From: Cirrosporium novae-zelandiae
Taxonomy: Eukaryota
DNA: 64,000 nucleotides
NCBI GenBank assembly: GCA_026023565.1
Contig: JAPETS010000047.1
Span: forward strand, 1 to 64,000
Reading direction: 5' to 3'
The position numbers were made by a program, and so were the translations under genes. Below the pieces are notes generated by a model. The model saw nothing but the letters and a program-made list of their open reading frames with translations. It did no database searches and had not been told where the DNA came from. This document shows, in pieces, positions 11,214-24,644 of this stretch (position 1 is its first letter; every line of letters starts with the position of its first letter).

Positions 11214-13734
11214 CTACACAATGCTATCCGTCTCATAATAAGGGTCGTTCGGATCATAAGGGAACTTTCTGATAACCACATCTCCCTTATAGTCGTATAG
11301 ATCCGGCTCCGTGGCCCCGAAATCAAATTCGCAAGTTAGCTTCTCCTGCCCAAACTCTATCACCTTGCTCACGTTCCCGTCATTATAATTAATCCTTACC
11401 TGGTTCACCGTTTCTCTGCTCGGGTCGCCCAGGAGGTAGTTTAATGGCATGATTTGAAGTCCACTATGTGCGGTCGTGAATACCTATTTTCACTTTGATT
11501 AGCGAACATCTTAAATGTATGGAGTCAAGACTTGCCGTATTGGGAACATCACCCGTATGGGGTACGTGATGCATCCCTAAATTGAACCAGAGAACAAGAT
11601 CGGTTTGGGTCAGGTTTTCGCCGTTGAAGAATTTGGCAAAATCAACGGGCGGGTCGTGTACATCTTGAGAATTGTATGGATGTGCCGAGCGGGGCTCATA
11701 GTCGTGTTGCTTTGTCACCATTAAATCGTAGTTGGCCCAGTTGGCAGCATTCACGAGATTGCTTGAGTTTTGGACCGTGAGGTGGATGGTGCCTTGGGAG
11801 GGGAGAACTCGGAAGCCGCGATACTCGCCATATTTGTTAGGCTTGTCCTTGTTAACGATAGTGAATTGGGTGGCGCTGTTCTGTCCCCAGAAAAGCTTGC
11901 TTGAGTCTTCTGTCTCAACGATTTCACGTTGCAGTTTCATGGTGTTTCGCGCTTTGCCGTTAGACCAAGGATATACCTCTGATACAGCTACAGGTGTGGT
12001 TTTGAGCATGGTATTCTCGGTGCCGAGAACATCAAAGTCAACCTTGTAGTTTAGAACGTGGTCATGCATAGATCCAGAAAGGGCATCATGAATCTGGTAG
12101 CCGTATTCGTGGTTGTTTGCAAAGTAGGCAGACTGGATGTAGCCCGAGGCACGAACACTCACATGTATGGATCCGTTCATGTAGAATTCGTAGGAAAACA
12201 TGTAGTCATAGTTACCTACAGTGCAAACATTCCTGATGGTAAAGTAGACGTTCTTCGTAACGCTCACATAGGCGTCGGTGCTATGCCTTTGGATCGGGAA
12301 GCCTGCATCCTGTTCGAATAAGCAGATGCTATCAAGATGTGTATGGGTTGTTTCTGCGGTATAGAAACTACTGTTTAAGTAGGTCGCATAAGCCGGACAG
12401 TCATATCCCTTGACGAGTTCAAACGAATAAGGACCAAACCCATAGAAGCTGTCAAGATAGGCAGTGCCACTCTGAATCGGGTCATTGCCAGCATAATGAG
12501 CGAGTGCTTCTTGTAAGCCAAGTTCGTAGATGATTCGCTGTCCCTTGTACTTGATATTATACAAATGCATTCCCGTGTCTCGGGTATATCCGAGGTAGAA
12601 CTCAAAGTCCATCCACTTGATGTACTTTTCTTCCTTGTCCACCGAATACCGTGACCCAGCAGGCGCAATCATCGTAGGCGGGTAGAGTTGATCGAGGGGA
12701 GGAATGCTACCTTGTTGATCTGTTGAACCCCATTTCCCTTCAGTATTGGCTGGAAGCTTTTCAAAGCCCTTGAAATAATATGCCTCTCTAAACTCCCTTG
12801 TTGTGTTGTAGAAGATGTCATTGTATAGCCAGCCTTCCAGCTTCCATTTAGAGGGGTCTCGGCCTGTGACATCTGACTTGAAGTAGAGACCCAAGGGAAG
12901 AAGGGTTTCCGTGTCCATCTTGTCAGTTGGATAATTCCAAAACTGGTCCCAGCGGACTATACGGTCGTTGTCTTGCCAAAGTGGATCAATGCCCCAGATA
13001 TCCAAGGTATCATTGTCCAAACCCAAGGCAGTACCACCCCATAGGTCCAGGGTGATATCTTTGATAGAATCACTGATCTTGTAAATCCATTGGGAGTATA
13101 AGGTGTCATCACCATCGGCATCTAGGTTTCGAACACGGCCACCTGCTTTTTTGGTGTATGGGTAGGTTAAAGCCTCATATTTGGTGGTGAAGTTGTTCAC
13201 GGGCAGAGGACCAACAAGTAGGTCTGCATAGTAAGGGTCGTCTGTTGCACGATGATCCAAGACAACATGGGCATATCGACCTGGTGCAGTTCCGTTCCCG
13301 TCAATATAGCCTAAGGCATCAGTCTTGTTCGGTAACATGAGCTCAATGAGCAAGCTATCTAGAGTCAGCAGAGCCTTATTTACTCGGACGATCACATACA
13401 TTGTATTATCCCACTCTGTGGCGTTCTCTGATGCGGTTATGTTAAGTGCTTCTTGGGCGAATAACCACTTCGCGACAGAGGCAGCTTCATAATTCGTAAG
13501 CCCTCCCCAAATGTTGCTCTTTGGAGCCGTGGCAGCTTTTGCCGTGTCCGCAGCGCAGGTTGTGTTATTAACTTCGCGCTTCTGGTTGTTAATGTATCCT
13601 TGCCTCTGACGGCCCTTTCTGATCCATGCTGCCTTTGGGTCTGGACTGGGTCGGGAGCTGACAATGTCAGCATTCAAGGACAAGAAGAGCCCCACAGTAA
13701 GCCAAAAATGCAGAGACAGGATGGAAGCCCCCAT
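11214..13734 (-). CDS. Secreted copper amine oxidase
   Basis: Signal peptide, TPQ consensus TVGNYDY, and Cu ligands MHDH and HHVP. Contains an in-frame intron near 13.36-13.40 kb. A GC-AG intron at 11484-11535 restores PNT|VFTTAHSG. Confidence 0.92.
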
Positions 13735-15910
13735 GTTGAGAATTGAAGCTACACGAGGTTAAAGAACAAAAAACTTCAGAGGAAGAGATGAGCTTTATAT
13801 GAACATGTTGAAATGAATTGCGCAAACTCTAGACCACAGATCGGATCTAAAATTACAAAAGCAATTATTCTCCCTGCTTGCTGGTTCAGCTAATGCTCTC
13901 CATGTGTGCGATGACGGCGAACTAATGCCTCATGATATTGAGATTATGGATTGTGGTGGGGCACAAGGTAACTAGGTTGAAGGCTTCCGGGCAGTCCATC
14001 GGATGCAATTGTAGAAGGCGGTAAAGCGCAGGAACAATGTTCCCAATGCATGTATCGGAGTAAAGCTATCTGGGAGCGAGCTGGTCTTCCCAGTTCCTCG
14101 AAGGAGTAGATAATATGCAGGTTGTGGTTAAGATGAAGGGTTGAACTGGCCGGGAATTGTAGGGGAAAGGTTAATTGACGGTTAGCGATGTTGTGGGGAA
14201 ATAGCTGCGACAAGAACACCAATCGAACAGCTCTATTCTTATCTTGATATGATAAGCTAACCACCAACTTACGTCAAATATCAAAATATTTGCGGCCAAA
14301 TAAATCCTTAGCCGGACCTCGGAAAATCCACCTTGTTGCTTTACAGGCTTTCTCGGTATGTTTTCCTATTGTAGGTCAACAGAACGAAGATTGGCTTAAG
14401 TCGACCATCCAAACCAAACTCAATTGTAGTTGGTAAATTGTTTATACAGAAGTATGACGTTTGGTACGGCGCTGAGTGATAATGTGGATTGTCAAGAATG
14501 GGTTCTGACATGGGTTCTGACAATCACCAGGATCCTGTTCGTACCTCAGCATCGGTGTGCTCTTCACGGAATCCCTGGCATTCCGCCACTTCCTGGGTAT
14601 CAGCCAATGCTTTGGTAAGCCTCTCAGCGTTGTCACACTCCTCTTGTATTCTTAACGGTTTGTCATATTCACTACAGCAGCCAGCCACACCATCCTTTGC
14701 ATCCGTGCATTTTGTTCCCCGCTGCTTCAACTGCAATATGTATTCGTGTACTTCGTCTTCTGAGTCGTATTTCCCTTGTAGTTGTTTCTCCTCAAGTTTT
14801 GCTGTCAAAAGCCTCCTCGTCGAAATTATTAGTCCATCCAGTTAAGCAGTAGCCACTGTAGCATGGTTTATACTAGATATTCAAAAGAAATTTATTAGCA
14901 TCAGATGCAAGTGCAAATTCTATTGGAGACATGACACCTATGCATAGTAAACCACTAACCTCATCCATCCATTCCAAATATGAGGAAGAATCTGCAGTGT
15001 CCCCAGACTCCTGACCTTGAGCTATAATTGTATTTTTTTCATATTTAACATCATGACAGCTCCATATTTCCCGAGTTGATTTAGGGCTATATGTTAAGGG
15101 ACGCATGGCTCACCCTCCGAATCAAAACCCATCTGTGTACCGAGGTCCTCCGAATCATTGGCATAGAATGGATCGCAACTTTGTACTAGTCTCAGTCATC
15201 CTAAAAGTCTGCAAACGTTTTATGTAGCACTAAACGAACATTTCCCCATCAGGGTGATCAACATATGAAAGCATCTGGAGTAGCTCGGTGGCATGTTGAC
15301 TCATTTTAAGAAATGTGACTACATTCGTTTTGATTCTCGAGTTTATGTGGGGGGGTATTTGGTCTCGGAGGGGAGAAATATTGCATGTTGGCGAGAAGTT
15401 CGCACCATTAGCTCATTAGACTTGCAATCTCATCCAAGTCAAAGTTCGATGGTCTTGACATTAGGATTCACCTATCACCTAACTATAAGTCTTTCTACCA
15501 CTTAATTAGACATAATCACGTATATCGACAATGCCGTCAAGGAGAAGTTGACTGTAGGCGATTTGATACTTGGCAATCCCGCCCTCGGTAAGGATATCAA
15601 AAATGTTTTTCCTGGCGGCCTCTGAAATCTGGCTGGCATCTTGCACAAGGCTCTTCGTTGAAATCACCGTGAGACTGTATCAAGCTAGCCTCGATGTACG
15701 GAGGGCGCTGCAAGTCTGAGTATAACCAACTCGTCCATTCTCTATCAACAGCGGCTTTCTTCTTGCTCGAAAGGTGCCATCTGAAGGAATCGAACTAATG
15801 ATTTCGACGTAGGATATGGTAGGATGACCACTATACCATACCGGAAACGTTAGCCGTACTCTTTGGATGCTATAAAAGTATCCGTTTTAACATTCTTTTC
15901 GGTATGGTTA

Positions 15911-16042
15911 TAGGCGAAATAATCCCTAATACGAAAACTGGCTCCACACGGAATTTAACCTTTTCAGGTAGCCGCTAGGCGATATCTAGTATAGCGGCTG
16001 CTTCATATCGTTAGAGGAGGTTTTGAGAAATTATTTCGCCTA
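15911..16042. repeat. 13-bp perfect inverted repeat; possible TA-flanked MITE remnant
   Basis: TAGGCGAAATAAT at 15911-15923 and ATTATTTCGCCTA at 16030-16042. Confidence 0.35.
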
Positions 16043-16687
16043 ATCCCATTAGGATTTGGCCTGAGGCCTTCGTGAAAGATTAGATTAGATGGATCAAGTC
16101 AAAGCTAGTCTGATATTAGAGCCTCCAACCTTTGAATTCTGTATCTCTCGGGATCTCGCTCCCAGTCCTGTATTTGCTCTTTGTCTGCGTCATGATATAT
16201 CATAGCCTATCCTTGAATGTTATCAAGTTTATCTGAGTCCTAGATCCAGCCAGATTCCGGGACCCACACCCCTTTGTTTCTCTGATTAAGTCCAGGATCG
16301 ACCAAATAGGACCTCAAGGAAGCTGGATATATTTATTTGAAAACATATCCTCTACTTTAAAGTTTCATAGGAATATTTCTCTATATATTTCTGTTATAAA
16401 GCTGTCCGTTTCTTTCTTTAAAAGTAGCATTGTGAGTTTTTGACCTGTGATGTTGTTGTTGTTGGTGTTTGATTTTGGTGTTCTTGGAGGTTTCGAAACC
16501 TCCAGCCCAATGGCGAGCAGCGTGCAGGGAATTTTTTGGGAGCTGGAACGATTATGAGGGGCAGTAGCTGGATCCAATCGCTATGCCCAACAAGCCGAAC
16601 AGGACTTGAACCCATCAAGATTTTAACAACTCCCCGGGTTTGAATCGATACTCTACTTGAAATTGCAACTCAGGAGTGGTAGTGACC

Positions 16688-19600
16688 ATGGCCGATATTT
16701 CCCAACTCTAGTCCGATGTTTGTGATGTATACAAGAAGGAAACGGAAAGGGATCTACTCAAAATTAACGACTTTGTTGCACTGGACTCCGTAGATGCCCT
16801 CGTGCAGCGGATCGAGACTCGCGTAGGGGACTTTTCCAACTGGCGGCAGCGACACGAGAAGCTTTGGGAGCGATTGTCAACATGTTTGAACATAGTCACT
16901 AGGGTAGGAGAAGTGATCAAGCCGGCTGTTTCCTTGACGCCTTTTGCGCCGGCTGCGCCCGTGCTGGGAGCAGTCTTGTTTTTGATCCATGTATAGACTT
17001 CAGAAGAGTAGAAATCTTCCGAAAATTAGGTACTGACTTGACTTCAAGGCATCTGAAGGCGTTACTAAAGCGTACGATTGGATAGATGAAGTTTTCACTG
17101 AACTTGAAGACTATACAGACCGTCTTCGGCTATATTGCAAAAGTGATATGGACAATGTGATGAAGAGAAAGGCCATTGCTACTCTCAAATTGTTCGTACT
17201 GAAGCTGACTCTTTCATTGTATGGCTGTGCTAATCTGGAGTTTAGTCTGCTGAAGGTCATTGAGAGGTGAGCCTTTCTGTGCTCTTCCGCAGTAGCCCGA
17301 TGCCTTGAAAGATGCTGATAGTGCTCCCTAGATCGGAGCATTTGATCCGGTGTGGTCGATTCGGACAGTACCTAAAGAATGCTTTCCTCAGTAAAGATAG
17401 CAAGACAAGCAAACTTGTTGATGAACTCAACCAACTATACAAATCAGAGCAAGGCTATGTGATTGCTGCAACATACCAGAAGATCAGCACTGGCACAGAG
17501 AAGACGATGAAAACTCTCAAGGATGTCGCGAAGAGTGTTAAAGGCAAGGAATTTTACAACCCATGCATGGTAAAAGTTGATACCCAAGAACCTAGAGTCG
17601 GAACCTGATCAACTACAAGCTTTGGATCTCAGTGCGACCAATAAGACATTCGAGCTGTATTCGGAGCATGAGAAAGACCTTCTCCCTGGAACAGGAGGTT
17701 GGATCGGGAAAGAGCTCCTGTTCACAGCATGGATGCGCACCACGGCTCGAATCCTTTGGGTATTCGGCGGTCCTGGCACTGGAAAATCGTACCTCTCGAC
17801 ATGGATTATTGGCCATCTAGAAGATCTCTATGGGAAAGATCGGATCTCGCCTGAAGGTGTCGCAGTCGGTTTCTTTTACGTGAGGGAGGATGAGGAGCAG
17901 CTGCGGGGTGCCAATAACATTTTGAAGACCATGGCCTGGCAAATTGCCCAAAACGATGCGCTTTTCAAACAGCACGCCACGGAGGTTTGTCGAGGTTCCA
18001 GAAGGAATCTCATCACCGCAGACGACACTTAGCATACTTTGTTCTTGGACTTTTACGGAACACAGAGAGCCATAGATAGATTAGCTATCCTTGTCATTGA
18101 CGGTCTGGACGAAGCACCCATGCAAGCTAGGAAAAAGCTGTTGAAGTGCTTCCTCTCACTGAAGTTCTTGACTAGCGAGGATAATGTCCGCATCAAGGTT
18201 GCCATCATCGGACGCGGCACACTTAAAAGAGACATAGACTTTAGACCGGAGTCAATCGAGATCACTGAGGCGAGGAACAAGGGCGACCTCGAAATTTATA
18301 TTGAGAATAGGCTTTCCGGAATTTTGCTAGTCCCAAAATTGGAGCTTTTAGATCAGCGGAAGACACCTAAAGGACGGGAGGCGCAAAAATGTTGCAATAG
18401 ACTGAAGAAAAGAATAACCGTCCGGGCTGACGGAGTTTTTCTTTGGACCAAGCTGTTACTCGAACAGATTCAAAGAAAAGACCTTCAGGCCGTCATTACG
18501 ACATTAGAGGAATCACCTTCTTCATTGGAGGATATGATTCGGAATGTTTTCCAGCGCCTCGTTTCAGAAGCAGCTGACATGGATTTGGTTGGCAAAATCT
18601 TGACCTTGACGTGTTATGCACGCCGTCCGCTTTTCTTTGGCGAGATATTACTTGCTCTCCAAGTTTTGAACTGCTTGCCGAATGTCTTGCTATGCGATAC
18701 TTTTCTTGGAGAATTGGCATCAATTTACCAGCTGAAAATCCCAGTTGTATACGGTGACCAAAACGCAGGGCAACTACTCAATGAAGACTTAACGGAAAGC
18801 TTGCAACAGCTCAGTAATATGAATCGGACCAACTTGAATGATACAAATCGTAGCGAGGCTGATGACGAAGATGAGGAAGACTCTTTTGAAGCGCTTCTTG
18901 CCGACCGAGGAAGAGATTTCAGTCCTCAGGACATACAGGAGGATGGCTTTTCTGAGGCACAGTTATGGACACCAGTGATGTTTAGCCATCAAAACTTCAA
19001 GGCCTTCATCGTCCATCACCCCAAAAAGCTCCTCGTTAAGCTGGCCATCGACAGCGCTCGCAGTCAAGTTGATATGGTGCTCATAAATTTTGGCATGCTC
19101 CGAATCGGGTATGCAAGGACAAATCATCGAAAGTACATGGTAGACTACCCAGCCAGGCACCTAATTTACCATATCGATGAAATAGATAGGACGGCTATAA
19201 CCACGAACGAAAAGCAAAAGATCATTGAAGGTATATTGTGGATGTTCTATCATGAGGATGGAATAAAGGAGCTTTTCTCTGCACCAATCGGTTCAGACAC
19301 TGCATTGTGGGCTGATCTGTGGACAACTTGGGTCACGACAACTCGTTATGCAAATCTCGTTCAAGATTGGTTGCATGACGCTACTTCCATACTTGAATGC
19401 TTCGATGAGGATGTTGAGAGTTGGATCCGGACGGCCTCTTCTTCCACTAAGGTCCTATTCAATCCATGGCTCACAGGCCTTGCCCGTATGTGGCTCTAGA
19501 AAAATGGTTTTGATGATCCGTCATACCTGAACACAACACCTGAACGCGTCTTCCCTTGGTTCATGCATGGCTCTCGATTCTGTGGTATGTTCATTCGATC

Positions 19601-21724
19601 TCTTGGCCCTCCATACCACGTTCTTATTAACCCTGGCCCTTAGTACAACCAATACATTGCACCGCAAGATCTCCCACACTCATTTAGAAACGCTGATGCC
19701 ATCGCGCTCACTCCTGAACGTTTGCACGAGCTCGCTGAATTTGCCCCGGACAAATGCACGGCGTTCTGGCATTTGGGGCTAGCAACAGTGCTAACCCAGA
19801 TCTCGTCCTTCCACAACGAAATCAAGCCGCCTTTGATTGAATCTGCGCTGTACCACACTCAAGAGGCTTACAATTTGGAGCCAAACTCCTGGGAGCCTAG
19901 GTACAGCCTTGCTCGAGTGTGCGGAATGCAAAGGCAGTACTCGGATGCTATCAGAGTTATGCAAGAAGCTTTGGATAGGATGCCTAGAGACTTGAAATCA
20001 CTTAAAAGCCGGATGCTCCCAAAAATGGCTCACTGGCAGTGGGAACTTGGTGACAGGAATAGCGCTCTCCATACTGCTCAACAAGCATTCGAAATGGACA
20101 AGACGAGACCTTCCTCTCAGATCGCGTACATTGATATGCTGCACCGCGAGGGCCATTCAGCGAAAATCATCGATACTCCCAAAGATCTTCACAGTATACA
20201 ATGCATGGATGGAGCCCTAGGAAACTCTTGTCTTGAACGCCTATTCCTAATTGGCGAAAGCCTTTCGAATATCTTTAAGATCGCTGGCCAGGCCTATCAA
20301 GCGAACAAAGATGAGGCGGAATTCATTGTCCACGCAATGGATATAATGATAAAGACTGCGCGCCCGAGGAGATATGAACAAAGCAGGTTTTGGCTGTTCG
20401 AAAATATAGGCGTTTGGAAGTATCAATACGACGACCAAGTAGAGGATTGCATCAGGTTATTGGAGACAGCTTCAACTATGAGAAATAAATCTAAGGAGGG
20501 GCGCTATAATCATACGATAGAAAACCTTCTTGCACGACTCTATTTTGATTCCGCTGTCGCAGCGTGGAATGGAACGGGAAACCTATATCGATACACGAGA
20601 GACTTAAAGGAGCTAGTTAATCGTGTAGAGGTTACTGAGGGTGACAGTGACGAGCCCATCAAACAAGAATTTTACGGGATAGGTTATCCAACAATGTTAC
20701 ATGGTAAATGGCTGAGAGCATACGAAAAAGCAGAAGAAACTGAATGGCGAAAGTACTTCAAGACAAGGATACTCGAAGACATCGAAAAGCTTGACGACCT
20801 AAATCCTTTAAATGATATGAGTAGTCTGTATTCACTAGCAATTACACTACTTCTCGCTGCCGATGAAAGAAATGCGGCTGCTATCTTAGGGATTCTCTTC
20901 AAGCTATTCGAAAAGAGAGGAGATGTCGGAGACGTCGGCGAAAAGAGGAGCGACGGCATCCAGTATGAATCCTCAGCTGAACGCTATAGATCTATGTATT
21001 ACAATTTTATAGAACCCAAGGAAACATGTTTTTGGCAAACATTGGAAAGAATGACGGGTCGTGCAGGAATTTCTACAGGAATAACAGATTCACTGGGCTT
21101 CCTGGCGAGGGATTCGTTTTCAGAACACTTCCGCAGTCAGATCCTAGGGCAGCTTGAATCTTCGAAGGTGTATTCTGAAGATTGGGAAATTAAGCAAGTG
21201 ATCTTTCAAATATGCGAGCTACCCCGGGCCGATACACTTCTTGGTCCCAAGAGCGATGAGGATAATGGGCCAAGTATTGTCGACAGAGATAAAACCGCCA
21301 AAGCCACAAGCAACCCCGACCACGGTTGCTCCCCGCCTGAAAGCGTCAAGATAGCTAGCACCTCCTCCACTTCGGAAAACGAAACAGAGGAGCAATCATC
21401 ATTATTAGTAGAAGACCCCGGGCTCAACAAATATTCTTGGATCGGCAGATGTGATGGTGGTGAATGTCCTAGCTCATACAGGGGATACAAAAAACTCTTC
21501 TTCTGCAAGGTCTGTCCGGGCAAGAAATTTTGTGACAAGTGTGTCGAACATATCACCAATAACACCCTGGTCCGCCGCGATTGCGACCCGGCTCACGAAA
21601 AGTACCAGGCTTGGCCGATCCCCAAGAAGGTTCGTGGGAAACAGCGGCTTATGAGGAGGGGGGAAATGATGCTATTATCATAAAGAAACAATGGCTAGAG
21701 GAGTTGAGACAGGAATGGCTATAA
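16688..21724 (+). pseudogene. NLR-like STAND gene (Goodbye-like N-terminus, NACHT, TPR-like repeats, C-terminal Cys-rich ZZ-like finger), disrupted
   Basis: Walker A GGPGTGKS and Walker B ILVIDGLDEA, plus ADGVFLWTKL. Helical repeats at 19.8-20.6 kb. C-terminal CDGGEC...CKVC...CDKC...H. In-frame TAG at 16709, 18030 and 19497, and an apparent frameshift near 21640. Confidence 0.85.
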
Positions 21725-21726
21725 AA

Positions 21727-21926
21727 TTGTTGTTGTTGTTGTTGTTGCTGTTGCATAGTCGTATCGATTTATACAGATGGAGGACATTAGGATTCACTCT
21801 ATAGGCAAACAAATTTCTTATCAGAGAGAACTATAGGCTATGTACTTCCCTTCCCGAATCTCAGATCCAAAAAAAACATCATCATCCTCCTAGTCCTTTT
21901 TTCAAACACACACACACACACACACA
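21727..21926. repeat. (GTT)n and (CA)n microsatellites
   Basis: Directly visible at ~21727-21752 and ~21906-21926. Confidence 0.8.
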
Positions 21927-22172
21927 TGACCCTTTTGTTACGGGATTCAAGGTTTTATGGTATATATAGATATATATAACCCCCCCTTTCAAAACATGAT
22001 TTAAAGCACCGGTTAACTTTAAAAGCCGTAATATCCATCAGCGCACAACTTGGGAAGGCTCCTTTCGCAGAATTCTCCTATTGTAATTACTGGACTTTGT
22101 ATCATGATTCAAATACCAAAATTGCTTTTTTGTTTTTTTTTGGGAAACTTATAATTGCAAATAAATAATAAT

Positions 22173-23883
22173 CTATTCATGGCTTATATCTTCTTGTAAA
22201 CTCTTCTCCCTACTCCTAACACTCATCATGGCTCCCTTCTTCTCCAGATCCTGCGCAACGACGTCCGAAGCCTTAGTTTCAGATTCCAATCCCTCACCCA
22301 CCCCCTCAAGCATCTCCTCTTCCATCCTTTCCCTTCTCCCCTGCCGTCTTGAGAACCACCACACAACACCAATCCACAATGTCATGGCCAGACTCGCTGC
22401 CAGTCCCGCTCTATATCCCATATAAAACCTCGGGGCATCCGTTGTCTTTACAAAGATCTGATTCCACCATGTTCCCATGGCCGTACCGATGGCGTTCAAA
22501 CTCGCCACGACAATGGCCCTCTCTTCTGCATCCCTGCTGCATACCTCGTGCGTCCAGCTCACCACGATCGGAATCATGGATTGGATTGTTCCTGCGATGT
22601 AGAAGGCGAAGAACTTTGCACCTGTGGGAACATTCCAGGCTGCGAGGATTGCTTCTGCGATGATGTTGCAGATACCGATGAGGACCATTGAGGGGACGCG
22701 GGTGCCGCTCCAGTCGTTTATAACACCGGAGACAACCATGTAAACGATCGAGATGGCAGAATAGACGGTGGGGAGATTGTTGATCTTGGAAACGGAGTAG
22801 GTCTTTTCTGCCTTCAGGTAGAGTTGCATTGTGCTCGTCGTAGCTATTGATCACCACATAAGTAAAGGCCCTTGAGAAGAAAGGTGAGGATTTAGGAGAG
22901 ACTAACGCTGCTGATAAGTAAAATAATAAAGAGACATCATCGTCACCATGATCCAGAAATGCCATCGCCCAAAAACTCGTTTGAGTAGAGTTCTGTCGAA
23001 CTTTCCAAGAGGTTCTCGTTTATCGGCTTTGAGTCGTTTGACGCACATCTGACGCTCCTCTTCAGTCATCCACCAGGACTTCCTTCCGCTCTCAAGCGCA
23101 TAGGGGAGAAATATCAGCCCAAACATAATTAGAGGACAGGTAATTAGGAAATCTATTCAATTTATTAGAGGTTGGTCTCTGGTATAGTGACAGAGATTGA
23201 AGACCTACCAATGATGAATAGCCATCTCCAACCAGCGAGACCAAGATTTCCATTCATGCTGGTGTAGACTCCTGATTGGATATATCCAGAAAACATAGTA
23301 GCAGCAATTCCAGAAGCCGTGAAGATCCCAGCCCGTTTATTGATCTCGTGGTTTCGAAACCAGGTTCCGATGATAAAATGAAGTCCAGGCCAGCATGTTG
23401 CTTCAACCAATCCAATAAAGAAGCGTAATACGTAAATATCTGTAGCATTCTTGGCTTTGTAGACAAACAAGACAAGAAAGCTCCACACAAATTCCGCACC
23501 AGGCAAATACCACCTTGGACTTAGTTTGGTAAGGAGAAGATTGCTGGGGATTTGACCTAGGATATAGCCAATATTGTAGTAAGTCGTGAACCAGTTCAGC
23601 TCGTTGTGATTTAGACCCAGCTCCTCTTTCATCCCGGAGACGTATGCATTAGATACCTAGCAGATAGCTATTAGCTCAGAAGACAGACTTCTGTTTAATT
23701 ACTAACATTGTTTCGATCGAGATCCTTCGCGAAAAATGACAAGCAGCAATAAGTTAAGATGCAGAGATCGAGCTTTTGGACAAGCTTCCTTTCAGGTTCT
23801 GGTGTTCCTGGTTTTGTCCAGAAGAAAAATTTGGTAGATTTTCCTTTCACAGGTGCTGCGATGACCTCCCTAGGACCTTCCAT
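22173..23883 (-). CDS. MFS transporter, anion:cation symporter family (Liz1/Fen2 pantothenate- or allantoate-permease-like)
   Basis: Four exons. Motifs KLVQKLDLCILTYCCLSFFAKDLDRNN, NAYVSGMKEEL, GQIPSNLLL, RFFIGLVEA and GLAGWRWLFII. Confidence 0.9.
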
Positions 23884-24295
23884 GATGACGACTTTGGAAT
23901 AGAGCTTTAGTATTGTAGAGAATCAGGCCATGAAGCAATAAGCATAACGAATGGTTTAAGAATGAGAATGACACATTAATAATTATATAAGAGTATTATT
24001 ATCAATGGAACATGGCTTTGAGCGCAGGCCAATATGGTCGATTCCATTGTAATCAGTGCATGTATCTTTCCTATCACTTGTTTGTCTAAGACACAAGATG
24101 AATTTTCACAGACGTTAACATGAAGATTGGAGATTGCCGATACATTATCCGATACCAGTCTCATTATCGGGAGAAAGCTATCGATCTGATCAACAGCTGT
24201 TTTCCCTGCATTATTATTCGATTAGCGAATCCAACGGCTGCGAAGTAGCCTTCAAGTAGTAGCTGACCGCTAAGTATATCTACGTTGAGAAGAGC

Positions 24296-24314
24296 CATCG
24301 GCTTATCGCCGATG
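24296..24314. promoter_or_regulatory. Palindrome CATCGGC-TTATC-GCCGATG: CGG-N7-CCG enclosing a GATAA site, upstream of the MFS gene
   Basis: Perfect 7-bp arms visible in the sequence. Inverted CGG triplets are typical Zn2Cys6 binding sites. Function is inferred. Confidence 0.35.
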
Positions 24315-24644
24315 ATATAGATATATGTAGATTAGTACGGTACCTAGCGTAGGTATCTTGGAGGGGAAGCGAAGATAAGATAGGTGCAAAGCTACAGGAC
24401 TTTTGCTCCGCACGCCCCACTATTTGGCCCCACAATTTAGAGATTCAGTAGATCGAGAAAAATGCTACTGATTACTCGAGTAGCTCGGTGTCGGATGCAA
24501 TAAATACCAAGTTGGGTTCGATTCCCAAGAGCGCCAGTGATTGGTCATACTGGTATCAGAACTATTTCCCCGGAACCTCTTTTTATAATTCTTTATAATT
24601 CGTACTTTATTCATTGTACCAACATGGAACCATATGAAGGAGGA

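Noticed and set aside
14524..15106. Short minus-strand ORFs; EIWSCHDVKYEK faintly resembles the Copia 'SRDVxFxE' motif
   Set aside because: No integrase, RT or RNaseH motifs nearby; the similarity is too short to support a call.
15510..15800. Protein-like minus-strand stretch (TKSLVQDASQISEAARKNIFDILTEGG...)
   Set aside because: No clear start, splice structure or recognisable family; possibly a gene relic.
13800..22100. Intact Starship element
   Set aside because: No DUF3435 tyrosine recombinase captain and no element boundaries detectable in the window.
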